Positions 37,457 through 49,146 of a stretch of 64,000 nt of DNA are shown piece by piece (position 1 is the first letter of the stretch; the number at the start of each line of letters is the position of its first letter). This DNA comes from Selaginella moellendorffii (taxonomy: Eukaryota; Plantae; Lycopodiophyta): NCBI RefSeq assembly GCF_000143415.4, contig NW_003314294.1:1230416-1294415 (forward strand). The letters run 5' to 3'. The notes under the pieces were generated by a model. It did no database searches, was not told the origin of the DNA, and saw nothing but the letters and a program-made list of their open reading frames with translations. The position numbers were made by a program, and so were the translations under genes.

Positions 37457-40400
37457 ATGGCGACTGGTGGAAGAGTCCGCGGAGTGCCGCAGCAAGGTGA
37501 GTGGAGAATTTGAAGATCGAAGAGATAACAAGGATCTGTGACCAAACAGACCTCGGCATCCGGCAGATCATCAGTGAAGCTTGCGTGCGATGGCTCAAAC
37601 CACCCGAAGTGTGCGAGATTCTTCGGCATTATCAGAGCTACGGCTTCAATCTCAACCCCGTTCCACCCAACAGGCCCGCCAGTGAGTGATCCTTTGCTCC
37701 TTCCTTGCCTGTGTCGCACTGACTTGTGACTTGCGGCTACTACTACTAGGTGGCTCCTTGTTCTTGTTTGATCGCAAGGCTTTGAGGTACTTCCGGAAGG
37801 ATGGACACAACTGGAGGAAGAAGAAAGACGGCAAGACTGTTCGCGAGGCTCACGAGAGGCTCAAGGTTTGATTTTTATTTCTAGAAACAACAAGGCCATC
37901 ACCATCGCGGTCTCTTGTATGCAGTCTGGGAGCATTGACGTGCTGCATTGTTACTATGCCCATGGAGAAGAGGATCCAAACTTTCAACGCCGGAGCTACT
38001 GGATGCTGGAAGGGTATACCAAAAGAACTTGAGATGGAAATATTTTTCTCACTTGTATTGTGACTTGCAGTGCTTACGAACACATTGTTCTTGTTCACTA
38101 CCTTCAAGTACACCAGGTCAGTGTTGCGGTGCTTGTGTCTCTCTTTCTTTTTCTAGCTTTGACTTCTTTTTCTTTTCCAGGGTCGTGCTTCTTCATACAG
38201 ACCTCCAGAGCATCCGGAAGCTTTCTCGCACGCAATGTCACCCTCAGTATCCTCGGAGCACGACGATGTGGATTCAAGTGACGATGTCGAACAGATAGAC
38301 CCGCCGCTGCCTCCACCAGAAGTTTCCAAGCCGCAGCCATCCCTGTTTCATCAACTCTCGTCAAAGGATTGGTCTGTGCTTCTGTCGGAAACTCAACAAG
38401 ATCCCGTCTATCAGCAGCAGCAGCAGCAGCAGCAGCCGCAGCAGCAGGGGGGTTTTTTTCAGTCCGGACAAGGTGGTGGTGTGTTGGGAGATGATATTGA
38501 TCTTAACGATCTCTTAGACAGTCCAGGTATGACTCGAGCGGACGTTGCTTTCTGACAGACAGCTCGTTTGAAAAACTCTGTGCAGACAAGTTCCTCGGCC
38601 AGAAGGGGCTCACTCCTGCCGTGAGCTTGGACACGAGCGGATGGAATGAAGTTCTGCGAAGCTATCGAGAAAATCCAACCAATGGCCCGGTCAAGCAAGA
38701 GGTGCAAGAGGTGTCATGGAAAGAGACTTTAGAGCAGTGTACTACCCCTGCTACCAGGGATGCATTGCTGGGACAAGTCTCGCCCATGAAATTTGAGGAT
38801 TGTATGTTCAAGTCGTCACCTAGAGCGGGTCTAAGTCCCAAAGCGATCATGGATGTTCTTTCTCCTCGGGGACTGGGTCGTCAACCACAGTCACTTCTCG
38901 AGGCTCAGCTCCGTGCTGCCACAGCCGAGAACGCCATGAAAACAGCACAAAGCATCTCTCCGGTGAGTGTATTATATTGTCACTTCTTACATGTAGTCTC
39001 TAACACGTCCATGCAGACAAAGCAACGCTGGCGAGAGAGCGTTCCCTCTCCTCCGCCAGCACAAAACGTCCTTGTGGATATGGGGCGTGCTTCTCAACAG
39101 GTAAAAGCTTCTCCTTCTCTCGCTGACCTGCTTTACTCAAGGACTTCATGTGTAGACAAATGCATATCAAAATACCTGGCAGCAGCAGCAGCAGCCGCAA
39201 GCTCATCAGCCTTGGCAGGCGCAGCAGTACGAGCTCGACACCGGGAGCGCACCGGTAAAAAACTCAAAGCCCGTCAAACAGGAAGAGAGCCCGGCCGACA
39301 ACCTCAAGAAACTGGATAGTTTCGGACGATGGGTGATGCAAGAGATGGGTGACGATAGTCCAGGGGCGCTACTCGCGCCCGCTCCTGGGGACTCGGGCTC
39401 CCTTTGGATCGACGATGATAATGACAGAGAAGAAACCTCCAACCTCTCTACGCAAATGCAGCTTGACATGAGTGTCTCCATCGCCCAGGTCCAACGGTTT
39501 AGCATTACAGACTTCTCTCCGGACTGGGCTCCTTCCAACGAAGAAACCAAGGTCTCGTCTCACATATACTTATGTCGCGTCTAAGTTTTGAATCACAGGT
39601 TCTCGTCTCCGGGAGGTTCTTGCCAACTGTTAGCAAACCGCTGGACGTGAAATGGTGCTGCATGTTTGGGGACGTTGAAGTTCCGGCGGACCTTATAGAC
39701 GTGGGCGTCCTCCGGTGCAAAGTCCCTCCGCGAGGCCCAGGAAGGAGAAGGATACCCTTCTATATAACATGTAGCGACCGGCTAGCATGCAGCGAGGTGC
39801 GAGAGTTTGAGATCCGTGACGTCCCCGAGCAGCAAAGTGGACAGCTTGAGAGGGAAGCGCTGCTTCAACTCAGATTCTCGAAGATGTTACTCTCGGCTCA
39901 TGAGGGCGATGATCCAAAGGCTACAGTCGAGTGGAAGCAGATGGAGGACGCTGTGAGAGCGCGCAGCCTGAGTGCTACGAGCGTCAAGGAGATGCTGCTG
40001 CAGGCCTACTTCAAGCTTGACTTAGAGCTGTGGCTGGGTTCCAAACGCAGTGCCTCCGTCCTCGACGAGCATGGCCAAGGCCTTGTACATATGGCCTCGG
40101 CACTTGGCTACGACTGGGCCTTGAAACCGATCCTGGACGCCGGTGTTGTTCCAAACTTTCGGGACGTCCGCGGCTGGACCGCTTTGCACTGGGCTGCGGC
40201 ATTTGGAAGGTCTGTCACCTTTTCTAGTTTGTCGTCCTCTTTCTTACACTCTTTCGTGCTATACTGCAGGGAGGAAACTGTTGTTGCGCTCATAGCAGCC
40301 GGCACGAATCCAAGCCTTGTGACCGATCCCACCTCCAAGCATCCAAACGGTCAGCTCCCTTCGGACTTGGCTTCGGCCGCTGGCCACAAGGGAATAGCCG

Positions 40401-41312
40401 GCTTTCTGGCGGAGAAGGCGCTCACTGGCCACCTCTCGTCGCTCACCATCGCGGACACTAGCTTGAACGAGATCAACAGCATGTCTGCGACGCTGGCCGG
40501 CGAGAGCGCCGTCCAGGAGATGAAACGCCCCGTGGACGAGGAGCACCAGTCGCTACTCAGGTCCTTCTCGGCCGTGAGGAACGCAACCAAGGCCGCCGCG
40601 CTCATACACTCGGCGTACCGCCTCGACTCTTTCCGCAGGAGGAGCGGGGGTGATGGCGGCGAGGAAAATCCCGATGACTTGGGCATGCAGCCGACCGAGC
40701 TCCATGCCATGGCACAGACGATTCGGAGGGCCCAGGGCCACCGTGATCATCACGGCAGGATGCAGTCGGTGGCCGCGTTGCAAATCCAGCGAAAGTTCCG
40801 CGGCTGGAAAGGCCGCAAGGATTTCCTGGCGCTGAGGAGGCACGTAGTCAGGATCCAAGTACGTGTAGCATGTTGCTGCGTCCGTCAACTTTTGTTCTAA
40901 CGTTGTTTTCAAACGCAGGCGCATGTCCGAGGCCACCAAGTTCGCAAGCAGCTCCGGAAGATCCTGCGGGTGGTGAGCGTGATCGAGAAAGCGGTGCTGC
41001 GATGGAGGCGGAAACGCGTGGGTCTGCGGGGATTCAAGCCGGACAACACGAATGGCGTGAGCAGCGACGACGACGATTATCTGCGGGAGGGGCGGAAGCA
41101 GAAGGAGATTGTGCTGGACAAGGCCGTGGCGCGCGTCCAGTCCATGGCGCGCTCCGAGCAAGGCCGCGATCAATACCGCAGGATGCTCGAAGGCTCGCAA
41201 TCGCAAGTAAGCTTTTCTACTTCTCTAAGACGGTGCCTCAAGTTGAAACTTACGTGGTTTTGGCTGCCAGGATCAGGATACTTTGGAAGATCAAGTCATG
41301 GTTACAGACTAG
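37457..41312 (+). CDS. CAMTA: Calmodulin-binding transcription activator (CG-1, TIG, ankyrin, IQ)
   Basis: SLFLFDRKALRYFRKDGHNWRKKKDGKTVREAHERLK, FSITDFSPDW, ACSEVREFE, GWTALHWAAAFGR, AALQIQRKFRGWKGRKDFL, VLRWRRKRVGLRGF. Confidence 0.95.
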
Positions 41313-42006
41313 CTGGTGGAATATGTGAATTGTTCGAATAGATTCGTTGCTCTGGATTGTTGAGGGAGAATGGACAAAGAACAAGTGAAGCAAAGGAAAA
41401 AGACCTGGATCATACCAGTGTGTCTCTGGACAAATCAATGTGGTGGTTTCAACAAGCGCTGGAGCAAAGCTTTTAACTCCAACTTCCAAAAAGAAAGAGA
41501 GAGAGGTGAGAAAGCGAGCCAATGCTCACACGAGGTGCCACGTCGTTTTTTCACCTTTTTTACCGCCAGCGGGAGCGGGCATCAGGTGCTGTGTCACATT
41601 CCACGGCAGGGGTAAAGAAAGAAAAGGGAGGGTGAAAACACTTTGAAAGATTAGGGCTAACGTATTAGCTGCTCCCATGGCGCCGAGGAGCCACAGATTT
41701 GTTTTGGGCAATGCCTCTTTTTGCGATGGCTGTGAGAGAGCAGCGTCCCTCGCTGCTGGGAGCTGGGAATCCATGGCGCTTTCTTGACCCCCATTTCCCT
41801 CGCGGCGCTAGGCTAGGCGACTAGAAAGCGCGCCAAGATTTCTTCCCCAGAGTGTGTGAGTGTGTGGATCTTGGTCTTGTCTTCTTGGAGGAGGAGGAAG
41901 GAGGATCCGAAAGGAATTGGCATGGATCCGGCAGGCAACAAGAATCTGATGGAGCAGCCACTCTGAATTCCAAGTAAGTTCTTGCCGGCCGGCACCGGCA
42001 GGGATT

Positions 42007-44384
42007 ATGATCTCCAAGGATGGGAAATTCCACCAGGAAACGATGATCACGGCGAGGCGGTGGAGATCACAGCCTGCCAGCCCAGCGCCAACGCCATTTC
42101 AAGATGACAAGTGGAGTGAGCAGGGAAGCAAATCCTTGCAAGACAAGCCGGCCATGGACGCTGCTCCGCGCGATGGCTGGGGGCTCAACATTCTCAAGCA
42201 GCAGCAAAAGGCGCGATTGCCCAAGGGGAGCTTTGTGGATTTGATTGGTGACGCCGACTTGGCCAAGCTCACTCTGAGAGATCATGACGAGGAGCTCCAG
42301 GAAGAGGCGTCCAGTACCAGCCGAGAATCCACCAGTGCCATCTCGGGGTCTTTGTCGAGCACGGAGCAACGCGGAGTCCCAGTGTCGTGTAGGACTCCTA
42401 GTGGCCGGGCCTCTTCACGGGCCTCCTCTAGCGTCGGCTCCTCTGGGGAGAGCTCGGACAACATAGATGGCTACTTCGATGTCGACGTAGATGACACAAG
42501 CGAGCGCCAGGCTTGTGGAGCCAGAGCGGCTGCTTACAAGCGGGGGTTGAGCCAGAGGAGAATAAGAGGGAGCAGCAGTAGTGAGCAGCAGCTATCAAGC
42601 TCGAGCGTCGTCGAAGACTCGAGCGAAAAGGAGGAGAAATGTTTGGAGAACGAGGGCAGGAAGAACTTCGAGGAGCTTCAACAACAACTACAACAAGAAC
42701 AAAGAGCACAAGAAGAACAAAAGGTGCAGCACCAACAAGTGGTACGTGAAATCTTTCCTTTTTTCTTTCTTTTCCAACAATTACCAAGGATTGGCATGCA
42801 GGATCCTTTACCAATTCAACATCCGGTGGAGGAACTCTTTTACGCTGTCAAGAACAAGGATGAAGCAAGAGTGAGGACGCTGCACAGTGCAAGAGTTGTT
42901 CCACTAGAGGTTGCTTCAGGTTTTCTTTTTCCTCGAGTCCTTGTGTTTTAATATTCAAGTGGTTTGTTTTTTCTTTTCCATGCAGTCAACCGACAAAAAC
43001 GGGATGACACCGCTCATCGTGTCTTGCCTCGATGGAACCTTGCTCCAAATGGCACGTCTTCTTATCAGCTTGGGTGCAAACGTCCACGCATATCGATCCG
43101 GTAAATGTATTCAGCGTTTTGTTCGGGAGTTAGAAAACTCATTTCCGTTTGCTTGAATCCTCAAGGTTTACATGCCGGATATCCGTTGCATCATGCTGCC
43201 AAAAGGGGTCACGACCAGATAGTAGCGCTGCTTCTTTCTCGTGGTGGTATGTATGGTAGCTGTTCTCTAGACATCTGTAACAGCACTATTTTGCAGCTTC
43301 TGCATTGGCTGTGAATGATGATGGTCAAACAGCTCTGGATATGGCAAGGATACGAGGCCATGCTTCTGTGGTACGCGTGATAGAGGTACACGCCCGCACT
43401 CTTGTTGTTTCAAGTTTCTCATTTCAATTTTGTGTTTTCCCAAGGACTGGATTTCTCTCTTCAGGGGGATATTGCGACAAGTTACAGACAATGCAGGCTC
43501 TCAGATCATGAAAAGAATGTAAGCTGCGCCTGAGCCAAAGAAATTTTTGTTAAAACGCTGTGCTCCTTTGCAGCTGGGCGGTGGTTTTACCATCTGAAGT
43601 AACTTCCAATGGCGTTCCGAGGCACGAACTCGTTGTTTATAATTCTCGCAAGGTGAAACACAAGATGGTTTTCCGTTTATTCTTTTCCTTACGCGAGTCT
43701 GTGTCAGCAGGTTCCAATGCCAGAATCAGTCATCCTTCTTGGAAGTGTTACTAGCGAGTTTGAGGAGCCAGACTACTTTCTATCAGATCCCTCAATGATC
43801 ATAACGGACAAAGTCACAAGTAAGCCTTCGTCTTTAAGCTAGCAATTGTATGCTTATTCATCCATCCCTGGCAGAGACGAAGTTCAAGTTCTACTCCCAG
43901 GAGCACGGAGACAAGCAACAGCTGTCGGAATTCTATAAAGCTTGCAAGGGAATTCCACAGGTGAGCAACTAGTTCTAGAGTGACACACCCATCGTCTAAA
44001 CTCGTGCGACTGTAGTGCAAGAAGCAGGCCTCCAAAGGCGAGAGGCTAGCCCGAACAAGGTCCGAGACTCTAGTTTCTCACGCCGGATCCATTCCTCCTC
44101 CATCAACACGCCGGAAGATGGACGACGTTGGGCCACGCCCTTCGCCTTCGGTGACTCGCTCCCGGTCGGAGAAGGTTTCAAGCTCCAGGAAGAACATGAT
44201 ATTTCCAGAAGAATCACTGAGGACGGACGAGCACTGGCAGTGTGTGATTTGCAAGCAGGCAGCAGCAGCAGCAGCGACGCCGAGGACGTGCGCACACGTC
44301 TGTTCGTCGCGCTCATGCTTGGCCAAGCTCAAGAATGGTTCGTGTCCACTCTGCCGAGCTCCGGGACGCGGTCACCTGGGATAA
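42007..44384 (+). CDS. XBAT34/35-like ankyrin + RING E3 ligase with long Ser-rich N-terminal extension
   Basis: EELFYAV, DKNGMTPLIVSC, GANVHAYRSG/LHAGYPLHHAAKRG, NDDGQTALDMARIRGH, WAVVLP, C-terminal CVIC...CAHVCSSRSC...CPLCR. Confidence 0.82.
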
Positions 44385-44577
44385 GTAGCTCGTTCATTCT
44401 TTGGGAAATAAGAATAAAAACCTTCTGGAAGTTTTCGTATATTTTTCTTGGGATCCAAGCATTGAGCAAATAGGTGGTGATACTATGTACAGGCGTGACA
44501 AACATGAAATCAAGAGACAGAAGATAATAAGTTGGCTGATCTTATAGGAGTGAAGGCTCTGTTTTACGAGGTGTCGT

Positions 44578-46037
44578 TCACCGCTTCCTGAAAGACTGCG
44601 CACGGAATCTTCCGGAGCCAAAGTTCTGAACGCGTCCAAACTCGCGCTGCTCTTTGATGCTCGCAAACAAGGAGTCGAGAGTGCGGTGCCTCTTGGGCAC
44701 ATCGGAGTAGTCATCCAACTGTGGCCACGAACAAAGCAACAAGTGTGTGAGCTCTTTCACCACGAGAAAAAAGAAAGCCGAGAAGCTATGCATATGCATA
44801 CCTTGTTGGATCCATATGGCATCCTCAGCTGGACCTGCATTGGACGGTCGTAGTCTTCAAAGTCGTCGTCCAGATCGTCACGAACTCGAAACTCGTTGTC
44901 CCAGTTCATTCTCGCACCGCCGCCGCCACCGCCGCCTCCCCCACGCCCTGGAGGAGGTGGCCTTTGCGTTGGTGCTGGCCTGGCAAAACCACGAAACCGT
45001 CATCAAAAGATCAGAGAGATATCCAGAGCGAGAGAGAGAGAGAGCATTCCATCCATCATCCATATCCAGCCAGCCAGCCAGCATACTACTATACACCGAC
45101 GACGATCGCTTGAATCGAAAGAACCAGCGCCTTGGCTTGACAGCCATTCCAGAGCAGCCACCAAAGACCAAAGTCGTTCGAGCGAGCGGGCGGGCGGTCC
45201 ACCATTCTGTCGACCACCCGCATTGCTGTTCTTGCCAGAGGCTCTTGCCATTTTCAGGATCCACCCCACACAGCAGCCACCAGTAGCAGCAGTCCAGGCA
45301 AGAGAGGAGAAAAAAAAGTGGTAATGCACCATCCAAGACTCACTTGCTGTTCTCATTCACCACCGAGATCTTGAGCTTCCCAGCGGCTCCCTCATAGATA
45401 TCCACTCTATCGCCGGGAGCCAAGTGCTTCCGGGGGAAGCCACTCCGCTTAAACATCTCGTTCCTGTAGCAAGCCAACCAAGTCTTTAGCCACCTCCGCT
45501 CCAAAACCATACAAACTACCTGTTGCCACCGCCACCGCCGCCGCCCCCGCCGCCAACACGGCTCTTGATGGGTGCGTGATACGGCCGAGATCCAGAGTAG
45601 AAAGTCTCGCTCCTTCGCTCGGGAATCCTTCCCTGGAGGAGAGAAACAACGCCCAAGTCACATCCATACTTGCACAAAAGCTTCCTTTTTTTTTCCATGC
45701 CTGGCGGATTGCGGCGGAGCGAGAGGCCGCGGAGCGACGAATTGCCTCTCGGGCGTCTCGCCGCGGCGGCGGAGGGCGCTCGCTGCTGCGCTGTGAATTG
45801 TTGCTTCTCACGGGGCTCTGCATCATGGTGTCGCGGTTGAGCTTGATGATCTCATCTACACAGGGAAGAAAGAGCGCGCATTTCATCCATCAGCGCCAGA
45901 GAATGCCAATGCCAATGCCAGTGCCAGTGCAGCGAAAATTTACCCAGAGACATGTCCATCTTCTCCTCCTCGCCCTCCTCCAGCTCATTGTTGAAATCCT
46001 CCTCGCGGGGCGGAGATACCATCTGGCTGCTGGACAT
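44578..46037 (-). CDS. UIEF-like UAP56-interacting mRNA export adaptor
   Basis: N-terminal EEKMDMSL/DEIIK (UAP56-binding motif), SRSAAIRQ/G, RG-rich middle, C-terminal RTLDSLFASIKEQR. Internal exon structure is uncertain. Confidence 0.72.
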
Positions 46038-46705
46038 GGCGGAGCGATCTCTCTCCCCCGCCCCGCGCGCCCCGCGTTAAACCCTAGTGTAAACCCTCGC
46101 CGCTCGTTCTCTCGCCCCACCCAGGATAGCAAGCCAAGCAAGAGATTGGGCTAGCAAGATATTTCCACAGCCGGGAGCACATCCTGGCCGTCCATATCCA
46201 ACGGCGTAGATGCAACCTTCACTAGCTATTAAAACCTTAATCTTTGATTAATGCCAAACCTTCGAAGTTGTGCTTTGTTCGAGGCGTGTGAAATGCACCT
46301 ATATTCCTTGTGAATGGTGGGAGGAGAATTTGCATTAGAAAACAGTAGAGATTTAGTGGAAATTGGCAAGGAGAGCTGATTATATAAATGAGGGTAAAAA
46401 TAAAGGATTAACAATGTTTTAAAATGTTTTTTAGTAAGCAATGAAGTGTTAATGAAATTGCACTCAGTTAACCATTAATAATAAAGCATCTTTAACATCT
46501 CTTGCAACTTTCTAAATTCTCAATTGGGCACAGTGTAGTGGAATTTGCAAGGTATAATGCCTTTTGATCTCAGTTCTAATAAAGACCATGTTAGATCTAA
46601 GTGGCAATTGCAAAATTAATTGGATCTTGCAAGTTAAATAACTGGGAATTACATGTGTGTCTGATTGAGGGGTCTATTAAGTCTTTAAATATTTGTTGGG
46701 AATTC

Positions 46706-47005
46706 TAGTACTCTCACCACATTCTTGGAAAGCTTGCTGTGCAACTGGTCATATAGCAAAATATCCATTAGTAATGTGTGAACAAGGGTTTAAGGGTTAT
46801 GGTTCTTGGAAGATAGTAAAGGATATAATATGTTTTTAAATATTTATTAAGAACTCTAGTACTCTCACCAACTTTGTGCTTTTGCATTCTTGAAAAAACT
46901 TGCCATACAGTTTGCCACATGGCAAAATATCCATTGGTGACATCCTGCACAAAGTTTTAAGGGTTAGGGCTTTTAATTGAAAAATTATAGTAAAGGATAT
47001 GATAA
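46706..47005. repeat. Diverged tandem duplication (~150-bp unit) in an AT-rich island
   Basis: ctagtactctcacca...gcaaaatatccatt...ttaagggtta...atagtaaaggatat occurs twice, starting near 46706 and 46857. Confidence 0.75.
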
Positions 47006-47168
47006 ATAACTTTCTGACCTGAAATTTATCGCAAGAGAAATTAATTTATTATGTCATCAGATTTGGAAACTTACAGGATTGAAACTAGATCCTATTTCAC
47101 AATTTTTCCATTTACAGATCACCTATGTTGGTATTTTCATAAAAAGAGACTATATCAAATGCCGGAAG

Positions 47169-49057
47169 TTAAAATCCGGGGCTGAAAGCATGGAACCTCC
47201 AGTAGACAAGGCGCGCCCTGGCACCTCTCAAGGAGCTCCACTGCTTGCAAGCGATGGCCTCGGTCGCACTCTCGACGCTGGTGAATTCCACCAGAGCTTC
47301 CCTCCGCTTCCTCCCCTCCCTCGCCTGCGACACCTCCACCTTGACGATCACACCATGCTCCGCGAAGTGCCTCACCACGTCCACCTCTTGGATGTCCGGC
47401 ACCAGGTTGGAGGCGTGGATCACCTTGGTCGGGGGGCAGCACTTCTTGGCATACGCGTACAGGAACCGGTTCCCAGTCCCCCAGCTGTAGAAATGCGTGT
47501 GAGGGTGCCGCAAGCATGAGTGATCTGATAGAGTGATCTCCATTTTCTTTCCAAACAGTGAAACTCCCTGCAACCACGCTTCAGCAGTGACAAGCACAAG
47601 CTAAACTCGACATGATACCTTGAGGCAGGCCATCGCAAGGTCCGCTTGGAAGCCGTCGCTCATCTGTACCAGTGCGAGCTCTGGTTTCACAAAGGAGCCT
47701 TTGATTCGCAGGACATTTCCGTAGACCGAGAAGAGGTTGTACAGCTTGTGCTCGTTTATCATCTGCAAGCCACAAGCCACAAGCCACGGCGTTCAAGCTG
47801 TTCAGTCCTACGTAGTTGAAGGACCGCTGAGACGACCTCATACCCGCGTGTTTAGATTCGAGAGGAGCAGCACGCAGCGCTGGTTCGTTGTTGGACCTGA
47901 AGGCAACAGCCCGGAATTCCCTGGCTTGTAGCACAGCAAGACAAAAACGTATCAAACTCTGTACCGACATCGGACACCGGGTTTCATCAGGTGAGCGTTT
48001 CCTGCGCCGAGAATGGACGGAAACCTTGCACTTGGCAAAGAACTGTTCGTGAAGTCTCTGCCAGAAAAGAACCACCAGATATACATGACTGGGAGAAAAG
48101 AAAACCGGAACGTAGTACCTGGAAAGATCGTTATTGCATGCCACACGAACTTCGTCGGTCCTGGAAACGGGAGAAAGTGGAAGGACGAGTGACTAGAAAG
48201 GTACAAACTCACCTTGAGTATTGGATTTCCATAGTGCACGACCCGTTCAAGATCTTGCTTTTGTGGAGACGATGCTTGGCTTCACGAGCATCTCGTGGAG
48301 AAGCGTACTGGATGAGTGCCTGCGCAAGCACTGTGGAAGAAAGACATGAAAAGCCGCTATGAAACGAGGCAGGCCTACCAGTTGACTGAGGAAAGATGGC
48401 AATCTTCTCGATGGGCCCGAAACTCTTGAAGGTCTGATGGAGGGCATCCACGGTAACGTGACACACCGAGTCTAGCATCGTCACTAGAAGGATTGGGCTG
48501 CATGTTTCCTGAGCTTGGCGCTCTTTAGCAAGAAAAAGAAAGCAAAGTGGTCGACTACCTCGGCCGGATAGAGCTCTTTACGAGCAGAGAACTGGATGGA
48601 AACGTCCCTCCCCCTGAGAAGAGATCTCAGTTACGAGCGAAAAGGAGAATGCGAGCACTCCAACCTTACGGTTGCCTGGCGCGAAGCAAAGTGCCGGATG
48701 ACTAGAAAGGCCTTGGCGATATCTTGCATTTGAACAAAAGCCTTTCACAGCGAGAGCAAGGCAACAGTGAGCAACAAAGAAGCTCTCACTCGCTTACTTG
48801 ATTCCATGTCCTCAAGAGAACAATGCCGCTGACTCTTCCAAATGGGCGAACAAGCTCCACAAGATCGTCCTAGGTAGGAAACACAAACGATTCTTCTTCT
48901 TGCGACAATCCGATCGATCTCTTCTACTCACCTCGGCCACATCCTGCGCCAGGTTGCGGAGATGGAGCACCTTGCAGGGGGCAGGATTTGGGAGCTCGGG
49001 CTCGCGAGGATACGCGCCGCAAGCAAAGCGATGGTAGCAGCGCCTGGGACGAAGCAT
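47169..49057 (-). CDS. PTB3/hnRNP-L-like four-RRM protein, paralog A
   Basis: CKVLHLRNL, VTVDALHQTFKSFGPIEKI, QALIQY, GSCTMEIQYS, INEHKLYNLFSVYGN, CCPPTKVIHASNL, EALVEF..ATEAIACK. Confidence 0.85.
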
Positions 49058-49146
49058 TCCCCCTTTAAAGCCTTTAAAACATACCTTTCGCTGTGATTTA
49101 GGGTTTATCGATTAGGGTTTAAGGGTTATGTAGAGAGGGGCGAAGA
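49058..49146. promoter_or_regulatory. 89-bp bidirectional intergenic region with two telo-boxes
   Basis: ttagggttt at 49098-49106 and 49112-49120, between divergent ATGs at 49057 and 49147. Confidence 0.7.

Noticed and set aside
45852-45944. HWHWHWHW peptide in the ORF track
   Set aside because: Translation of an intronic hexamer repeat.
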